Origin: Sulfurospirillaceae bacterium | GTDB taxonomy: Bacteria > Campylobacterota > Campylobacteria > Campylobacterales > Sulfurospirillaceae | Reading direction: 5' to 3' | Assembly (NCBI GenBank): GCA_033723415.1 | Contig: JAWVXD010000006.1 | Span: 76,149 to 140,148, forward strand | Length of the DNA: 64,000 nt | Shown: positions 32,987 to 42,313 of the stretch, piece by piece | Layout: the number at the start of each line of letters is the position of its first letter | Position numbering within the stretch: the stretch's first letter is position 1 | The notes under the pieces: generated by a model | Database searches by the model: none | Seen by the model: only the letters and a program-made list of their open reading frames with translations | What the model was told of the DNA's origin: nothing | Program-made: the position numbers and the translations under genes

Positions 32987-33679
32987 TTAAGAAAATCTAA
33001 CTTTTTCTACTTTTTTTCTGATTACAACTGTTCCCGCTATCTTATCATGCCAAGCTTGTTTTTTATCGTCAAATGCTATCCAAATAAATCCCATAAATGC
33101 ACATATTGTTGATACAAAATAGCCTATATATCTTATAAATGATTGTGTAGCTGTTAGATATTCTCCTGTATTTTCGTCTACTACATACATTTTCATTATA
33201 AGTTTTCCTGGTGTTCCTCCTAGTTTCATCCAAAATATTATTGTTATAAATATTGGTAAGACCCATTCAAAAAATATATTGTTTATTATGCTTTTATTTA
33301 ACATCATTGCTATTGCTTCTGCTATTGAAATTGGAACTATGACTATCAATATGTCCATCATTGTTGCTAAAAATCTATCTAAAAATGTTGCATATTCAAA
33401 ATCATCATTTTTATATTGCTTCTTATTTTCTGCTTTTTCTTTTGATCTTTCAATTTTGATTTTTTGATTTTCGACAGTTTGTGGTTCATGATTTTTTAAA
33501 AGCTCTTGTTTTGTTTTTTCTATCTCTTCTAATCTTTTGTGTTTTTCTTCAACTTGTTTTTCAAATGCTTGTAAATCTTCTTTATTTTGATTTGGATTAT
33601 TTATGAAGTTTTTATAATTTCTAAGATTACCGTCTTCTACATTCAATAAATCTAGCGTGTTATCTTTTTTGAAAAACAT
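32987..33679 (-). CDS. RDD family membrane protein
   Basis: YATFLDRFLATMMD, TPGKLIMKM, KKQAWHDKIAGTVV. Confidence 0.85.
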   Translation of the reverse strand: MFFKKDNTLDLLNVEDGNLRNYKNFINNPNQNKEDLQAFEKQVEEKHKRLEEIEKTKQELLKNHEPQTVENQKIKIERSKEKAENKKQYKNDDFEYATFLDRFLATMMDILIVIVPISIAEAIAMMLNKSIINNIFFEWVLPIFITIIFWMKLGGTPGKLIMKMYVVDENTGEYLTATQSFIRYIGYFVSTICAFMGFIWIAFDDKKQAWHDKIAGTVVIRKKVEKVRFS

Positions 33680-33707
33680 ATAGCACCCTTTATATGTGAG
33701 CTTTTAT

Positions 33708-33908
33708 TTACTTCAATTTTAATTTACTTGATTTTGCTTTGTCTTTGATTGCTTCTAATTTTTCTAAATGTCTTTTTACTTCGTCTATTTGTTCATCAAG
33801 AGCTAGACCTTGATTTATTAGTCTGATAAGTTCTGGTTTTTCTTTTTCCCAGTTTGTAAGTGTATTTCTTGTTACATTTAGCATTTCTGCTAATTCTTGT
33901 CTATTCAT
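33708..33908 (-). CDS. HTH repressor of the inovirus
   Basis: MNRQELAEMLNVTRNTLTNWEKEKP; RBS AGAGG; divergent from phage genes. Confidence 0.8.
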   Translation of the reverse strand: MNRQELAEMLNVTRNTLTNWEKEKPELIRLINQGLALDEQIDEVKRHLEKLEAIKDKAKSSKLKLK

Positions 33909-33918
33909 TTTTCCTCTT

Positions 33919-34004
33919 TTTGCATAATTATTGTGCAAATTAATATACTTTTAAGTTTTATTTGTTTATCATTTCAATATGTATTTGCACAATTATTGTG
34001 CAAA
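33919..34004. promoter_or_regulatory. two 21-bp palindromic operators (33919-33939, 33984-34004)
   Basis: TTTGCATAATTATTGTGCAAA and TTTGCACAATTATTGTGCAAA. Confidence 0.75.
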
Positions 34005-34209
34005 GTTCTTTTTCTCTTTTGTATTGTAAAAATCAATACATTAATTATATCCAAAAACGCATTTTTATCCAGTTTTAAACTGGGCGAAATTGTATTTTTC
34101 TTAATAAACGGTTTCTTGGCTGAGTATCCATAACTGCTTCGAGAGGGCAAAGGTAGCACTCCCTCTCGTTCTTGTTAAATGTGCTACATACTTTTAAAAA
34201 GGTGCTCCA

Positions 34210-35028
34210 ATGCAAAATATCATCAAACAAGCTTATCAAGCTGAAGTCCTCATCCGTAAAGTCGAAATGTGTACCGTTGGTACTCGTTATCCGTTTAAAG
34301 ACCAAGTCGTCATCACTTGTGAAAATACATATCAAGTTCCTGACTTTGACTTCTTTACCTATTCGCAACGCATAGATATCTGCGTATTGTGTGAAAACCG
34401 TATCGAAGCTTTGAAACTCTCACGCTCTCTTAACGACTATTTCAAACAAGAGTATATGCTTCCTCTTCATGTTGGCGTTTTTCAAAAGCCTTTCACAAAA
34501 GATAACCAAAAATCTCGTAAACATTTCGCTTATGCGACTGTCTCTGCAAAAGATTTGCTTTCTTATCTTCCTGAACTGTTGAAAGACAAAAAGAATGCTT
34601 ATGTTGCTGGTGCAACAAATGTTGAATCTAGCTCTTTGTTCAATGGTTTTGACCTTACATATCAAATAGCAGATTATCGAATGGAGCATTTCTTTATGGA
34701 AGAAGATTTTGACGGTAAACCTCTCGATACTCCTTTCTATAGATTGTCTCTTTATACATCAACGATCATTGAAAATATAGACGATAAAACGCAAGATGTC
34801 ACGCAAAATGAGGAATTGCTTGTTTTTGAGATTATGGGTGAGTCTAAAAGTGAAATTATCTCTCTAGCCCAAAAATTGAATCAACAACTTAAAGAGAAAA
34901 AGGACATTTTTACATGTAAAGGTGCGTTTCCACGTCTAGAGCGTGATTTCTACCGTGTGAAACTCGATAAATCAGCAAGTCAGCTTTTAGAGCTTTTCAA
35001 TAAAACAGATATCAAAAAGGCTTCATGA
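34210..35028 (+). CDS. inovirus protein with internal duplication, possible ssDNA-binding (pV-position) protein
   Basis: Soluble, first gene of phage operon; two similar halves. Confidence 0.45.
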   Translation: MQNIIKQAYQAEVLIRKVEMCTVGTRYPFKDQVVITCENTYQVPDFDFFTYSQRIDICVLCENRIEALKLSRSLNDYFKQEYMLPLHVGVFQKPFTKDNQKSRKHFAYATVSAKDLLSYLPELLKDKKNAYVAGATNVESSSLFNGFDLTYQIADYRMEHFFMEEDFDGKPLDTPFYRLSLYTSTIIENIDDKTQDVTQNEELLVFEIMGESKSEIISLAQKLNQQLKEKKDIFTCKGAFPRLERDFYRVKLDKSASQLLELFNKTDIKKAS

Positions 35029-35186
35029 TGACAACTCCTCAATTTGCTGAACTCATCAGAACTGTTGCTTATATCTTTGCAGGTATTGGCTTTGTTTCTG
35101 GTTTTGTCTTTTATCAAATGGGCGAAATGGTTGCTATTTTAGTTAATCGTAAGAAAAAAGAAAAGCTCGACAATTCGGCTTCATAA
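35025..35186 (+). CDS. small single-TM phage protein (53 aa)
   Basis: MMTTPQFAELIRTVAYIFAGIGFVSGFVFYQMGEMVAILVNRKKK...; ATGA overlap; below ORF-track cutoff. Confidence 0.6.
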   Translation: MMTTPQFAELIRTVAYIFAGIGFVSGFVFYQMGEMVAILVNRKKKEKLDNSAS

Positions 35187-35262
35187 CTCCTACAAAAGGC
35201 ATTTTTATAAGTGCCTTTGATAGGGGCTAGGTTAGCCCACTTCTTTAAAAAGGGGGTTTGAT

Positions 35263-35562
35263 ATGGGTTTATTAACTTCTGTCAAATCTGGTGTTTCTAA
35301 ATGTGTTGGAGCTGTTGTTAAAGCTTCTCATGAGTTGAAAGTTCAAACTCTTGGTCTTATGGCTGGTCTTGCTGTAATGTTTTCTAGTTCTCCCGTCAAA
35401 GCGGATGATGTTACTGACTTTTTGACAGCAATGCAAACGTACATTACAACCACAGTTTCTGCGATTTCGGTTTCTTTGACGACTATTCTTACATCGTCTT
35501 TTGGTTTGATTATGATCGGTATTGCTTTTGGCTGGCTTGTTCACGCTATCAAGAAAAAATAG
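35263..35562 (+). CDS. major coat protein (pVIII-like)
   Basis: Leader ending VKA|DDVTD, amphipathic then hydrophobic helix, KKK C-terminus, followed by terminator. Confidence 0.85.
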   Translation: MGLLTSVKSGVSKCVGAVVKASHELKVQTLGLMAGLAVMFSSSPVKADDVTDFLTAMQTYITTTVSAISVSLTTILTSSFGLIMIGIAFGWLVHAIKKK

Positions 35563-35566
35563 CATT

Positions 35567-35592
35567 GAAGCCCTTAATTGGGCTTCCTTTTA
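35567..35592 (+). terminator. terminator after coat gene
   Basis: GAAGCCC-TTAATT-GGGCTTC followed by CTTTT. Confidence 0.65.
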
Positions 35593-35604
35593 AGGGGTTT
35601 TATT

Positions 35605-35709
35605 ATGATTGATTTGTCTTTGGCTTTTACTGTTGTTTCTAGCCTTTTTGCTCTTAGTCTGCTTTATATTGCTTTTGGTGATATGGTTGACGGTATTCGT
35701 AGAAAATAA
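35605..35709 (+). CDS. minor coat protein candidate (pVII/pIX-like, 34 aa)
   Basis: MIDLSLAFTVVSSLFALSLLYIAFGDMVDGIRRK; RBS AAGGGG. Confidence 0.6.
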   Translation: MIDLSLAFTVVSSLFALSLLYIAFGDMVDGIRRK

Positions 35710-35713
35710 TATT

Positions 35714-35869
35714 ATGAAAACTTTAGTTCTTATAATATTGTCTTTTACTTCTTTGTTTGCTACTTCTGCAAGCGATGTTGGTTTGACTGTCAATGATTTT
35801 AATTTTCTTTATGGTTTGTTAGGTATTTTTGCTTCTTATTGCCTTTTTTGGATTGTACCGAAGTCATGA
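35714..35869 (+). CDS. small membrane virion protein candidate (51 aa)
   Basis: MKTLVLIILSFTSLFA...GLTVNDFNFLYGLLGIF; signal + TM. Confidence 0.6.
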   Translation: MKTLVLIILSFTSLFATSASDVGLTVNDFNFLYGLLGIFASYCLFWIVPKS

Positions 35870-36075
35870 AAAAAGTAATCCTTTCTCTTCTTATTTTTGT
35901 ATCTCTTGCTAATGCTTCTTTAGTGACTGTTCCAATCATTGCTATAAGCGATAATTCTGCTTGTAATTATTTCTTTTCTCTTGGTTTCTTTTTATTCTTG
36001 TTTTTTGCTCCTGTAAAAATGGTACTTCAAATCTTGTGGGATTATGCATCACATCGTAAAACAAAAGGTCGTTAA
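35866..36075 (+). CDS. small membrane virion protein candidate (69 aa)
   Basis: MKKVILSLLIFVSLANA signal + TM; ATGA overlap. Confidence 0.55.
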   Translation: MKKVILSLLIFVSLANASLVTVPIIAISDNSACNYFFSLGFFLFLFFAPVKMVLQILWDYASHRKTKGR

Positions 36076-36076
36076 A

Positions 36077-37249
36077 ATGAAAAGTGCTATCTTCTTATTA
36101 TGTTTCTTGTCTGTCTTTGTATCTGCTAAAGATATCTATTTTCAAGGTGGTAAAATGAGCCTTGATGAACTTGCAACTACTGTTTCAATCGAAACAAAAA
36201 AAGATATTATTATCTCTCAATCTCTTAAAGATAAAATCGTTATTTTGCGTGTTAATAAGATCATACCTACTTCCAAACTGTTTTCTTATTTTAAAGCTCT
36301 TATTCAAGCCAATGGATTTGCATTAAATAAAGACCATAATTTCTATATTGTGTCTCTGGTTACTGACCTTGTTTATTATTCGCATCGTTTTAAATATCGT
36401 AATGCTGTAGATTTTACCGTTTTTGCTAAAAAGTTCAAAGAGAGTTGTTCTCTTGGTAAAAATTTACTTGTTTGTGATTTATTGCCTAAAGATTATAAAA
36501 TCGTTTCAAAAATGGTTGCTTCTTTTGATATCCCAAAACCGATAAATCCTTTTTTAAATAAAACTGTTCAGATTGATATGAAAATTCTTGAGAGTAATTA
36601 TGATGATCTTCTTACTCTTCAATCTTCTTTGACTTCTTCTGTTCAAAATTCAAATGTTCAAAACACACTTACTTTAAACAATAGTTTGAATTTTGCTCTT
36701 AATCTTTTTTTACATGGTGCAACGGTTGCAAATACTGCATCACTCAATTATGTTTTTGATTATCTTCAAAAGCATGGTTTTTCAACTGTTACAAATGAGC
36801 CAAATATTATTGTCACAAATGGTTATACGACTTCTATCGTTACTGGTGGGAATCAACGTGTAATCGCTTCTCAAACAAAAAGTTCAGATTTGACTGCAAC
36901 AACAACAACTTACACCGATTTTACGAGTGGTTTACAACTTCGTGTTAAAGCAACTATCCTTGATGCTAATTCAACAAAACTTGATATTTCTTTTCAAAAT
37001 AATGACGTTGTTGGCGGTACTGCTGAACTTCCTATCTCTTCGACTCAATCTTATCAAACGTCTATTGTTGTTAAAACGAATCAAACTATTGTCCTTGGTG
37101 GTGTTCTTTATAACAAAATTTCTAAACAAAAATATAAAGTTCCTTTTCTTGGTGATATTCCAATTATCGGACTTCCTTTCAATGGTGTTTCAAATGAAAA
37201 AACAAAAAAGGTATTGACTATTTTTTTAACGCTAAAGGCTTTCAAATGA
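36077..37249 (+). CDS. phage secretin (pIV-like extrusion channel)
   Basis: TIVLGGV...KVPFLGDIPIIGLPF secretin signature; signal peptide. Confidence 0.9.
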   Translation: MKSAIFLLCFLSVFVSAKDIYFQGGKMSLDELATTVSIETKKDIIISQSLKDKIVILRVNKIIPTSKLFSYFKALIQANGFALNKDHNFYIVSLVTDLVYYSHRFKYRNAVDFTVFAKKFKESCSLGKNLLVCDLLPKDYKIVSKMVASFDIPKPINPFLNKTVQIDMKILESNYDDLLTLQSSLTSSVQNSNVQNTLTLNNSLNFALNLFLHGATVANTASLNYVFDYLQKHGFSTVTNEPNIIVTNGYTTSIVTGGNQRVIASQTKSSDLTATTTTYTDFTSGLQLRVKATILDANSTKLDISFQNNDVVGGTAELPISSTQSYQTSIVVKTNQTIVLGGVLYNKISKQKYKVPFLGDIPIIGLPFNGVSNEKTKKVLTIFLTLKAFK

Positions 37250-37313
37250 TCTATTGTCTTTATTCAGATGATTTCATCAAATTTGCAATCAATATAAAAA
37301 TTGAGATAAAAAA

Positions 37314-38963
37314 ATGAAAAAAATAATATTACTATTATTAACTGTTTATTCTTTTTCTTCTGCTACTACTGTTGTAATCAATGGTGCTACTTTTACAACA
37401 ACTTCAGCAACTTCTCTCAGCCAGGGCGATGTTATTCAGCTGTCTGACGGTCGTTATAAAACTGTTGGTGTTGTTACCCCTCAGTACCCTTCTTCTCGGG
37501 GGGATTATTGTGCTTATGTTCCTTATATAAATCAAGTCCTTTTTAACGATAACACGGGTAATTTTTCCGTTACAACTTACATTGAATTGGGTGCTCAGCC
37601 GTGTTCTTGGTCTTATTCTCATTATTCTTATGCTCCTGGTACTTCTACTACTGGCTGTCCTTCTGGTCAGACTGTTATAAATGGTGTTTGTTCTGCTCCC
37701 CCTACTCCTACCTGTGATGCTGTCAATACTTATCCTGACGGTAATGGTGGTTGTGTTGATTGTAGCTCTTTTACTTCTTTGACTTCTGTTGCAAATTGTA
37801 TGTGTCAACATAGTATCCTTGACGGTTCTGGTGGTTATACTCAAACTCCTTCTGTCACTACTTTACAAACAATAAACAATATTAAGTATGAGGTTGCAAC
37901 GGTTTCATGTGATAATTCTGCTCTTCAAGTGACTGCTTATAGTGAAGTAAATGCTAGTAAACCTCCTATAAATGAATGTTTTATCCAAAATGTGTATTAT
38001 AAATATCAACCTAGTGGTTATGTATATGTTGGTGTTGTTAGTAATGACGCTGAATGTCAACAATATAAAGACGGTGTTAATTATCTAAATGCTCAAACTC
38101 ATCCCGTTTTTGATAATTGTCCGACTGATAAAACACTTTTTTGTTATTTAAAACCTGCTTTGGACAACAATAATACTGGTATTACTCCCGTTTCTGATAT
38201 GAATTTCTCTAATGGTACGGTTTTGGCAGATACAAATTTAAGTGCTGTTGATTCTTCTACTATTTCTCATAATAATTATGATTTTAACTCAACTTCTCAA
38301 ACAAATGCTGTTGCAACTGCAATGGCTGATGATGTTAAAAATTTTGTCTTGACTGCTAAACAACAACTCGACGCTTCAAATGGTTTTCACCAATGGTATA
38401 AAGATGCACATGGTAATTGGGTTGCCTATAAGACTCAAGCTGATTCAAATCAACTCTCTGCAACTCAAGCAACGACTAGTGCTGTCAATTCTGTAAAGTC
38501 TAGTGTTGATTCATTACATACTGATGTCAATAATTTAATTAATCATACTCCAGTTGATTCTTCTGGTGCTGATCTTTCTAATGTTGCTAATATCATAAAT
38601 TCTTTGCATGATTTTAACGTTTCTACTTCTCAGGATGACGGTAATCTTTCAAAGCCTATGTCTACTGACGATCAAAAGTCTTTTGTTGCTTCTGCTTATA
38701 ATGATTTTGGAACTCGTGCTACTGATGCTTTGACTTCTGCTTTTAACAGTATAAATTATAGTTTTATTAGTGATTATTCCATTCCTAGTTATGATTTTGT
38801 TGATTATGATTTGCCCACTATTAGTTTGCTTGGTATGACTTTTAGTGGACATTTGATGAATGCTTCATTTCTTAATTCTCTTGATTTTTCACTTGCTAGA
38901 TTTGCTCTTTTGATTGCTTGTCTTCTCTGGTGTTTATCATATATTATGCATAAGGCTTTCTAA
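37314..38963 (+). CDS. adsorption protein (pIII-like)
   Basis: Signal peptide, Cys/Thr-rich domains, C-terminal TM; precedes pVI and pI. Confidence 0.75.
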   Translation: MKKIILLLLTVYSFSSATTVVINGATFTTTSATSLSQGDVIQLSDGRYKTVGVVTPQYPSSRGDYCAYVPYINQVLFNDNTGNFSVTTYIELGAQPCSWSYSHYSYAPGTSTTGCPSGQTVINGVCSAPPTPTCDAVNTYPDGNGGCVDCSSFTSLTSVANCMCQHSILDGSGGYTQTPSVTTLQTINNIKYEVATVSCDNSALQVTAYSEVNASKPPINECFIQNVYYKYQPSGYVYVGVVSNDAECQQYKDGVNYLNAQTHPVFDNCPTDKTLFCYLKPALDNNNTGITPVSDMNFSNGTVLADTNLSAVDSSTISHNNYDFNSTSQTNAVATAMADDVKNFVLTAKQQLDASNGFHQWYKDAHGNWVAYKTQADSNQLSATQATTSAVNSVKSSVDSLHTDVNNLINHTPVDSSGADLSNVANIINSLHDFNVSTSQDDGNLSKPMSTDDQKSFVASAYNDFGTRATDALTSAFNSINYSFISDYSIPSYDFVDYDLPTISLLGMTFSGHLMNASFLNSLDFSLARFALLIACLLWCLSYIMHKAF

Positions 38964-39448
38964 TGGCTCTTTTAATTGATGCTCTTATCTCTTTTGTAGG
39001 TCTTTTTCGAGGTCTTTTTATCGGCGGTGGTCTTGTAGCTCGTATTTTCACTTGGCTTACTTCTGGTATTGGTGGAATAATTACTTTATTGACAACAATC
39101 GGTGCTAAGATTTTCGGTGGTTGGCAACTCTTTGGCATGATGTGGTCTTTGGTTTCTTCTTATGCTGCCATTGAGCTTATACGTCGTATTCTTCTTGTTT
39201 CTTTTGTTTCTGTAGTTATGGGTGCTGTTATTAATTATGCATTAACTCATGTCATCATTTATCAGGGCGAAACTGTTCATTCTCTCTTTATTTCTTTGAT
39301 CTCGTCTGTTGATGCTCTTGGTCCTTTAGGTCATAACTTCCTAGTTTTTTGTTATAAATTTGGTATCTTTACTGATCTCCAAATTATTATTACTGTGATG
39401 TTTTACACTCTTATTGCTCGTATTACATTACATATACTTTTTAAGTAG
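38963..39448 (+). CDS. pVI-like hydrophobic minor coat protein
   Basis: Hydrophobic 161 aa between pIII and pI; TAATG coupling. Confidence 0.6.
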   Translation: MALLIDALISFVGLFRGLFIGGGLVARIFTWLTSGIGGIITLLTTIGAKIFGGWQLFGMMWSLVSSYAAIELIRRILLVSFVSVVMGAVINYALTHVIIYQGETVHSLFISLISSVDALGPLGHNFLVFCYKFGIFTDLQIIITVMFYTLIARITLHILFK

Positions 39449-39454
39449 TTTGTC

Positions 39455-40588
39455 ATGATATTTGGTTTTGTTGGTCCTGGCGGTTCTGGTAAATCTGCTG
39501 TTGCTACTTCTCTTGTGATAGAAAATCTTTCTTCTTATGATATTATTATTACGAATGTCTATAAATTTAATAAAGACAATTCTATTCTTGATATTGCTAA
39601 ACAAAAACAAACTGAAATTGAGATTATACATTTCGATTCTACACATGAAGATTTTATCCAAGTTCTTAATGATATTGAAATTCGTAACGCTGATTTGCCT
39701 ATGGATGAAAAATTCAAAATCCTTGTTGTTTATGATGAGTGTCATAAGGCTCTTAGGCGTTATTCTAACGCTCAAGACGATGATATCTATTTGAGTGATT
39801 TTCTCTCTGAATCTAGGCATTTGCATTGTGATTTCTTTCTTATTACTCAAGGTATTAAAAAAATTTCTGATATGTATAAGGGTGAGTTCAAAGCTTGGTA
39901 TGTTGCTGTAGATGATCAGTTCAAAGTATCTGCTAATACTATTGAATTTAGAAAAATGGATCAAGAAAATAAAGTTAAAATTGGTATAAAACGATTTAAA
40001 AAATCCACTAAGTGGCGTGGTGCTTCTGGTGCTTATTATAAAGTTTTCGATCTCTATGACAGTGAAGATGACGGGGATGAGCGTATTAAAGACGGGATGT
40101 CCTTTCTTGCTAAAAAGAAATATATTTTTATTCTTGCTGTTTTATTTACATTGACTATGTTTTATTTTGCTTTTAAAAGTGTTCATAGTCTCATTTCTTC
40201 AAAAGATTCTAAATTGACGCATCCAAACTCTAAAATTGTTTCTCATTCTTCAGATAAAAATATTAAATTTGTGTCTGATAAAAATACAACTATTGTTTAC
40301 AGTTCTCGTTTTGATGTTCTATCCAAAAATCTTTCTGCTAATAAAATTGTTGGTTCTTATGTTTCTATTACTTGTCTGTATGACTCTTTAAATCACTTAT
40401 ATATATTTCCGAATAGAACACTTACTGAAAAGAACTTTGATGATTTAAACAAGCTTTTCTTACTTGAAATTATCAATATTCAAATTATTTCTGAAAATGT
40501 TTATAGATATGAATATTTGGTCTCATCTGACTTGTTACCTATTCTTCAAAATGTTGGTGTTGTTGCCAAGAAAAAAGGAGCTATCTAA
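39455..40588 (+). CDS. Zot-like morphogenesis ATPase (pI)
   Basis: N-terminal GPGGSGKS, VVYDECH, SRH...LITQ, then TM YIFILAVLFTLTMFYFAF. Confidence 0.92.
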   Translation: MIFGFVGPGGSGKSAVATSLVIENLSSYDIIITNVYKFNKDNSILDIAKQKQTEIEIIHFDSTHEDFIQVLNDIEIRNADLPMDEKFKILVVYDECHKALRRYSNAQDDDIYLSDFLSESRHLHCDFFLITQGIKKISDMYKGEFKAWYVAVDDQFKVSANTIEFRKMDQENKVKIGIKRFKKSTKWRGASGAYYKVFDLYDSEDDGDERIKDGMSFLAKKKYIFILAVLFTLTMFYFAFKSVHSLISSKDSKLTHPNSKIVSHSSDKNIKFVSDKNTTIVYSSRFDVLSKNLSANKIVGSYVSITCLYDSLNHLYIFPNRTLTEKNFDDLNKLFLLEIINIQIISENVYRYEYLVSSDLLPILQNVGVVAKKKGAI

Positions 40589-40795
40589 ACTTTAGCTCGA
40601 CTTTTGTATTTCCAAAAGTGAGCATCCAAACGATTAGTGCGGAAGGGATTTCTAGTTGCGTTTAACAGCGTTAAAAATATTTGATAAGACTTGTACGAAT
40701 TTACCGATGAGCACCCACTGGAGCGGAAGAGGTCAATTCGTAAAGAGTCCCTTGTCAACTTAACAAAACTTGTTCTACAAAAGGAAGGTGCTACG

Positions 40796-42163
40796 ATGTC
40801 AAAATATGGTTTGAATTTAGAAGATAAAAAAACTTCTCAATTAAAGATTGATACTCAAAAAAAATATCTTGCTTCTCAGGGTTTCTTAACTCAAAATGGT
40901 GAGTTTAAAACTTTTGCGGATATTTCTATGTCTGCAAATATATCCGAGCGTTATTATGCACAGCTTGTTAATAAGGTCAATACTATGCAACAATCAATGT
41001 CTTATTTAGGACTTAGCCCCGTTTTTATGACAATTACTCTTGACGGAGCATATCAACGCCTTTTAACAGGTGATTATTCTAAGTTCACCGATAAGCATTT
41101 AAATAAGCTTCCTAATAATGACCGCTTCGGCTATTTGCAAGATTTAGCAAATGAAAAACTTCCTTTTACCGTTAAAGATTTGTATAAATTACTTCGTTAT
41201 CAATGGAATCATTTTCAAAAAGACCGTCTGTATCTTAAAATTAAATCCTCTCATGATATTGGTTATCTCTTTGAAGTTGAACCTCATGAATCTGGTGTTC
41301 CTCATGCACATGTACTTTTTTATGCTCCTAGTTCTTATTTTAATGATTTAAAGGAACTTTTTAAATCATGTTTTCCTGCCCGTCAAAACAAACGTACAAA
41401 TAAAATCACTTTTTTCCAAAAGAAAAATGGTGAAATAAATGGCTTTCAATGGACTCTCAAAAATCCCGTTGGATATATTCTTAAATATTGCACGAAGTCA
41501 TTTATGGATATTAAAAATAATAAAGAAATTGATTATTTGCAATCTTGGTATATCACACATAAAATTGTCCGTTTGACTACTTCTAGAAGTCTCATACCTC
41601 AATGGGTTTATCAAAAAATGTACCCTCTTAATGATGATTGGTTGTATCAATCTATTCTCAAATATCGTTCTTCTTGTGAGTGGTCTCGCGAAAATGATTA
41701 CTTCATATTTGAAGATGAAGTAAACGGCAAAGTTTTTAAATATGAACGAGGTTTATATCAAGTATTTATTAATAATAAACTTGTTCGTGAGTTTGGCTCA
41801 CAAAAAGAAAAAATAGATACATCTTTTCGTGTTGAACAAAAACCTATCATACGAAAAAAGAAAAATCATTGTTCTGTAAAAATTGTTATTGACGGTCAAT
41901 ACTTTGATTTTTATGAAAAGCCAATATCTAAGAAAAGTGATTTTGAGTTATATACATATTATCATAATCTTGACATTGAAACTTGTAATTTACACCATTT
42001 TGGTTTAGTCCAAAATCAGTTATCAAAAAGAGGTTTGATTGATGTTCCAATTCAACCTATCAATAATTTCAATTTGGAAATGACAATTTCCAATTATTCA
42101 AAAAATGCTGACGAGATCTCGTCACAAAAAAATCGTATTTTTCCCAATCCATTAGGAGCTTAA
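40796..42163 (+). CDS. rolling-circle replication initiator (HUH, two-Tyr, gpA-like)
   Basis: FMTITL (motif 1), EPHESGVPHAHVL (motif 2), YILKYCTK (motif 3). Confidence 0.88.
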   Translation: MSKYGLNLEDKKTSQLKIDTQKKYLASQGFLTQNGEFKTFADISMSANISERYYAQLVNKVNTMQQSMSYLGLSPVFMTITLDGAYQRLLTGDYSKFTDKHLNKLPNNDRFGYLQDLANEKLPFTVKDLYKLLRYQWNHFQKDRLYLKIKSSHDIGYLFEVEPHESGVPHAHVLFYAPSSYFNDLKELFKSCFPARQNKRTNKITFFQKKNGEINGFQWTLKNPVGYILKYCTKSFMDIKNNKEIDYLQSWYITHKIVRLTTSRSLIPQWVYQKMYPLNDDWLYQSILKYRSSCEWSRENDYFIFEDEVNGKVFKYERGLYQVFINNKLVREFGSQKEKIDTSFRVEQKPIIRKKKNHCSVKIVIDGQYFDFYEKPISKKSDFELYTYYHNLDIETCNLHHFGLVQNQLSKRGLIDVPIQPINNFNLEMTISNYSKNADEISSQKNRIFPNPLGA

Positions 42164-42164
42164 A

Positions 42165-42275
42165 ATGACTGGTTTTTATATATTTTGTTTTATTTTGTTT
42201 ATTTGTATTTGTTTTCTTGGTTTTATGTGTATATGGTTGAAATGTACACTTTACGATGAAGAAATTAAAAATTAA
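42165..42275 (+). CDS. small hydrophobic Cys-rich peptide (36 aa)
   Basis: RBS AGGAG; MTGFYIFCFILFICICFLGFMCIWLK... Confidence 0.45.
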   Translation: MTGFYIFCFILFICICFLGFMCIWLKCTLYDEEIKN

Positions 42276-42313
42276 ATGTGGTGAAGATCTTCACCACTTA
42301 GAGGGAGCTTAAA

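Noticed and set aside
35609..35713. ORF-track 86-aa ORF N-terminus
   Set aside because: Better explained as two small genes (35605-35709 and 35714-35869) with ATG starts
36077..37249. Type II secretion / type IV pilus system
   Set aside because: Lone secretin among inovirus genes; no other T2SS components
39455..40588. Zot as an enterotoxin
   Set aside because: Context shows it is the phage pI assembly ATPase; no evidence for toxin activity
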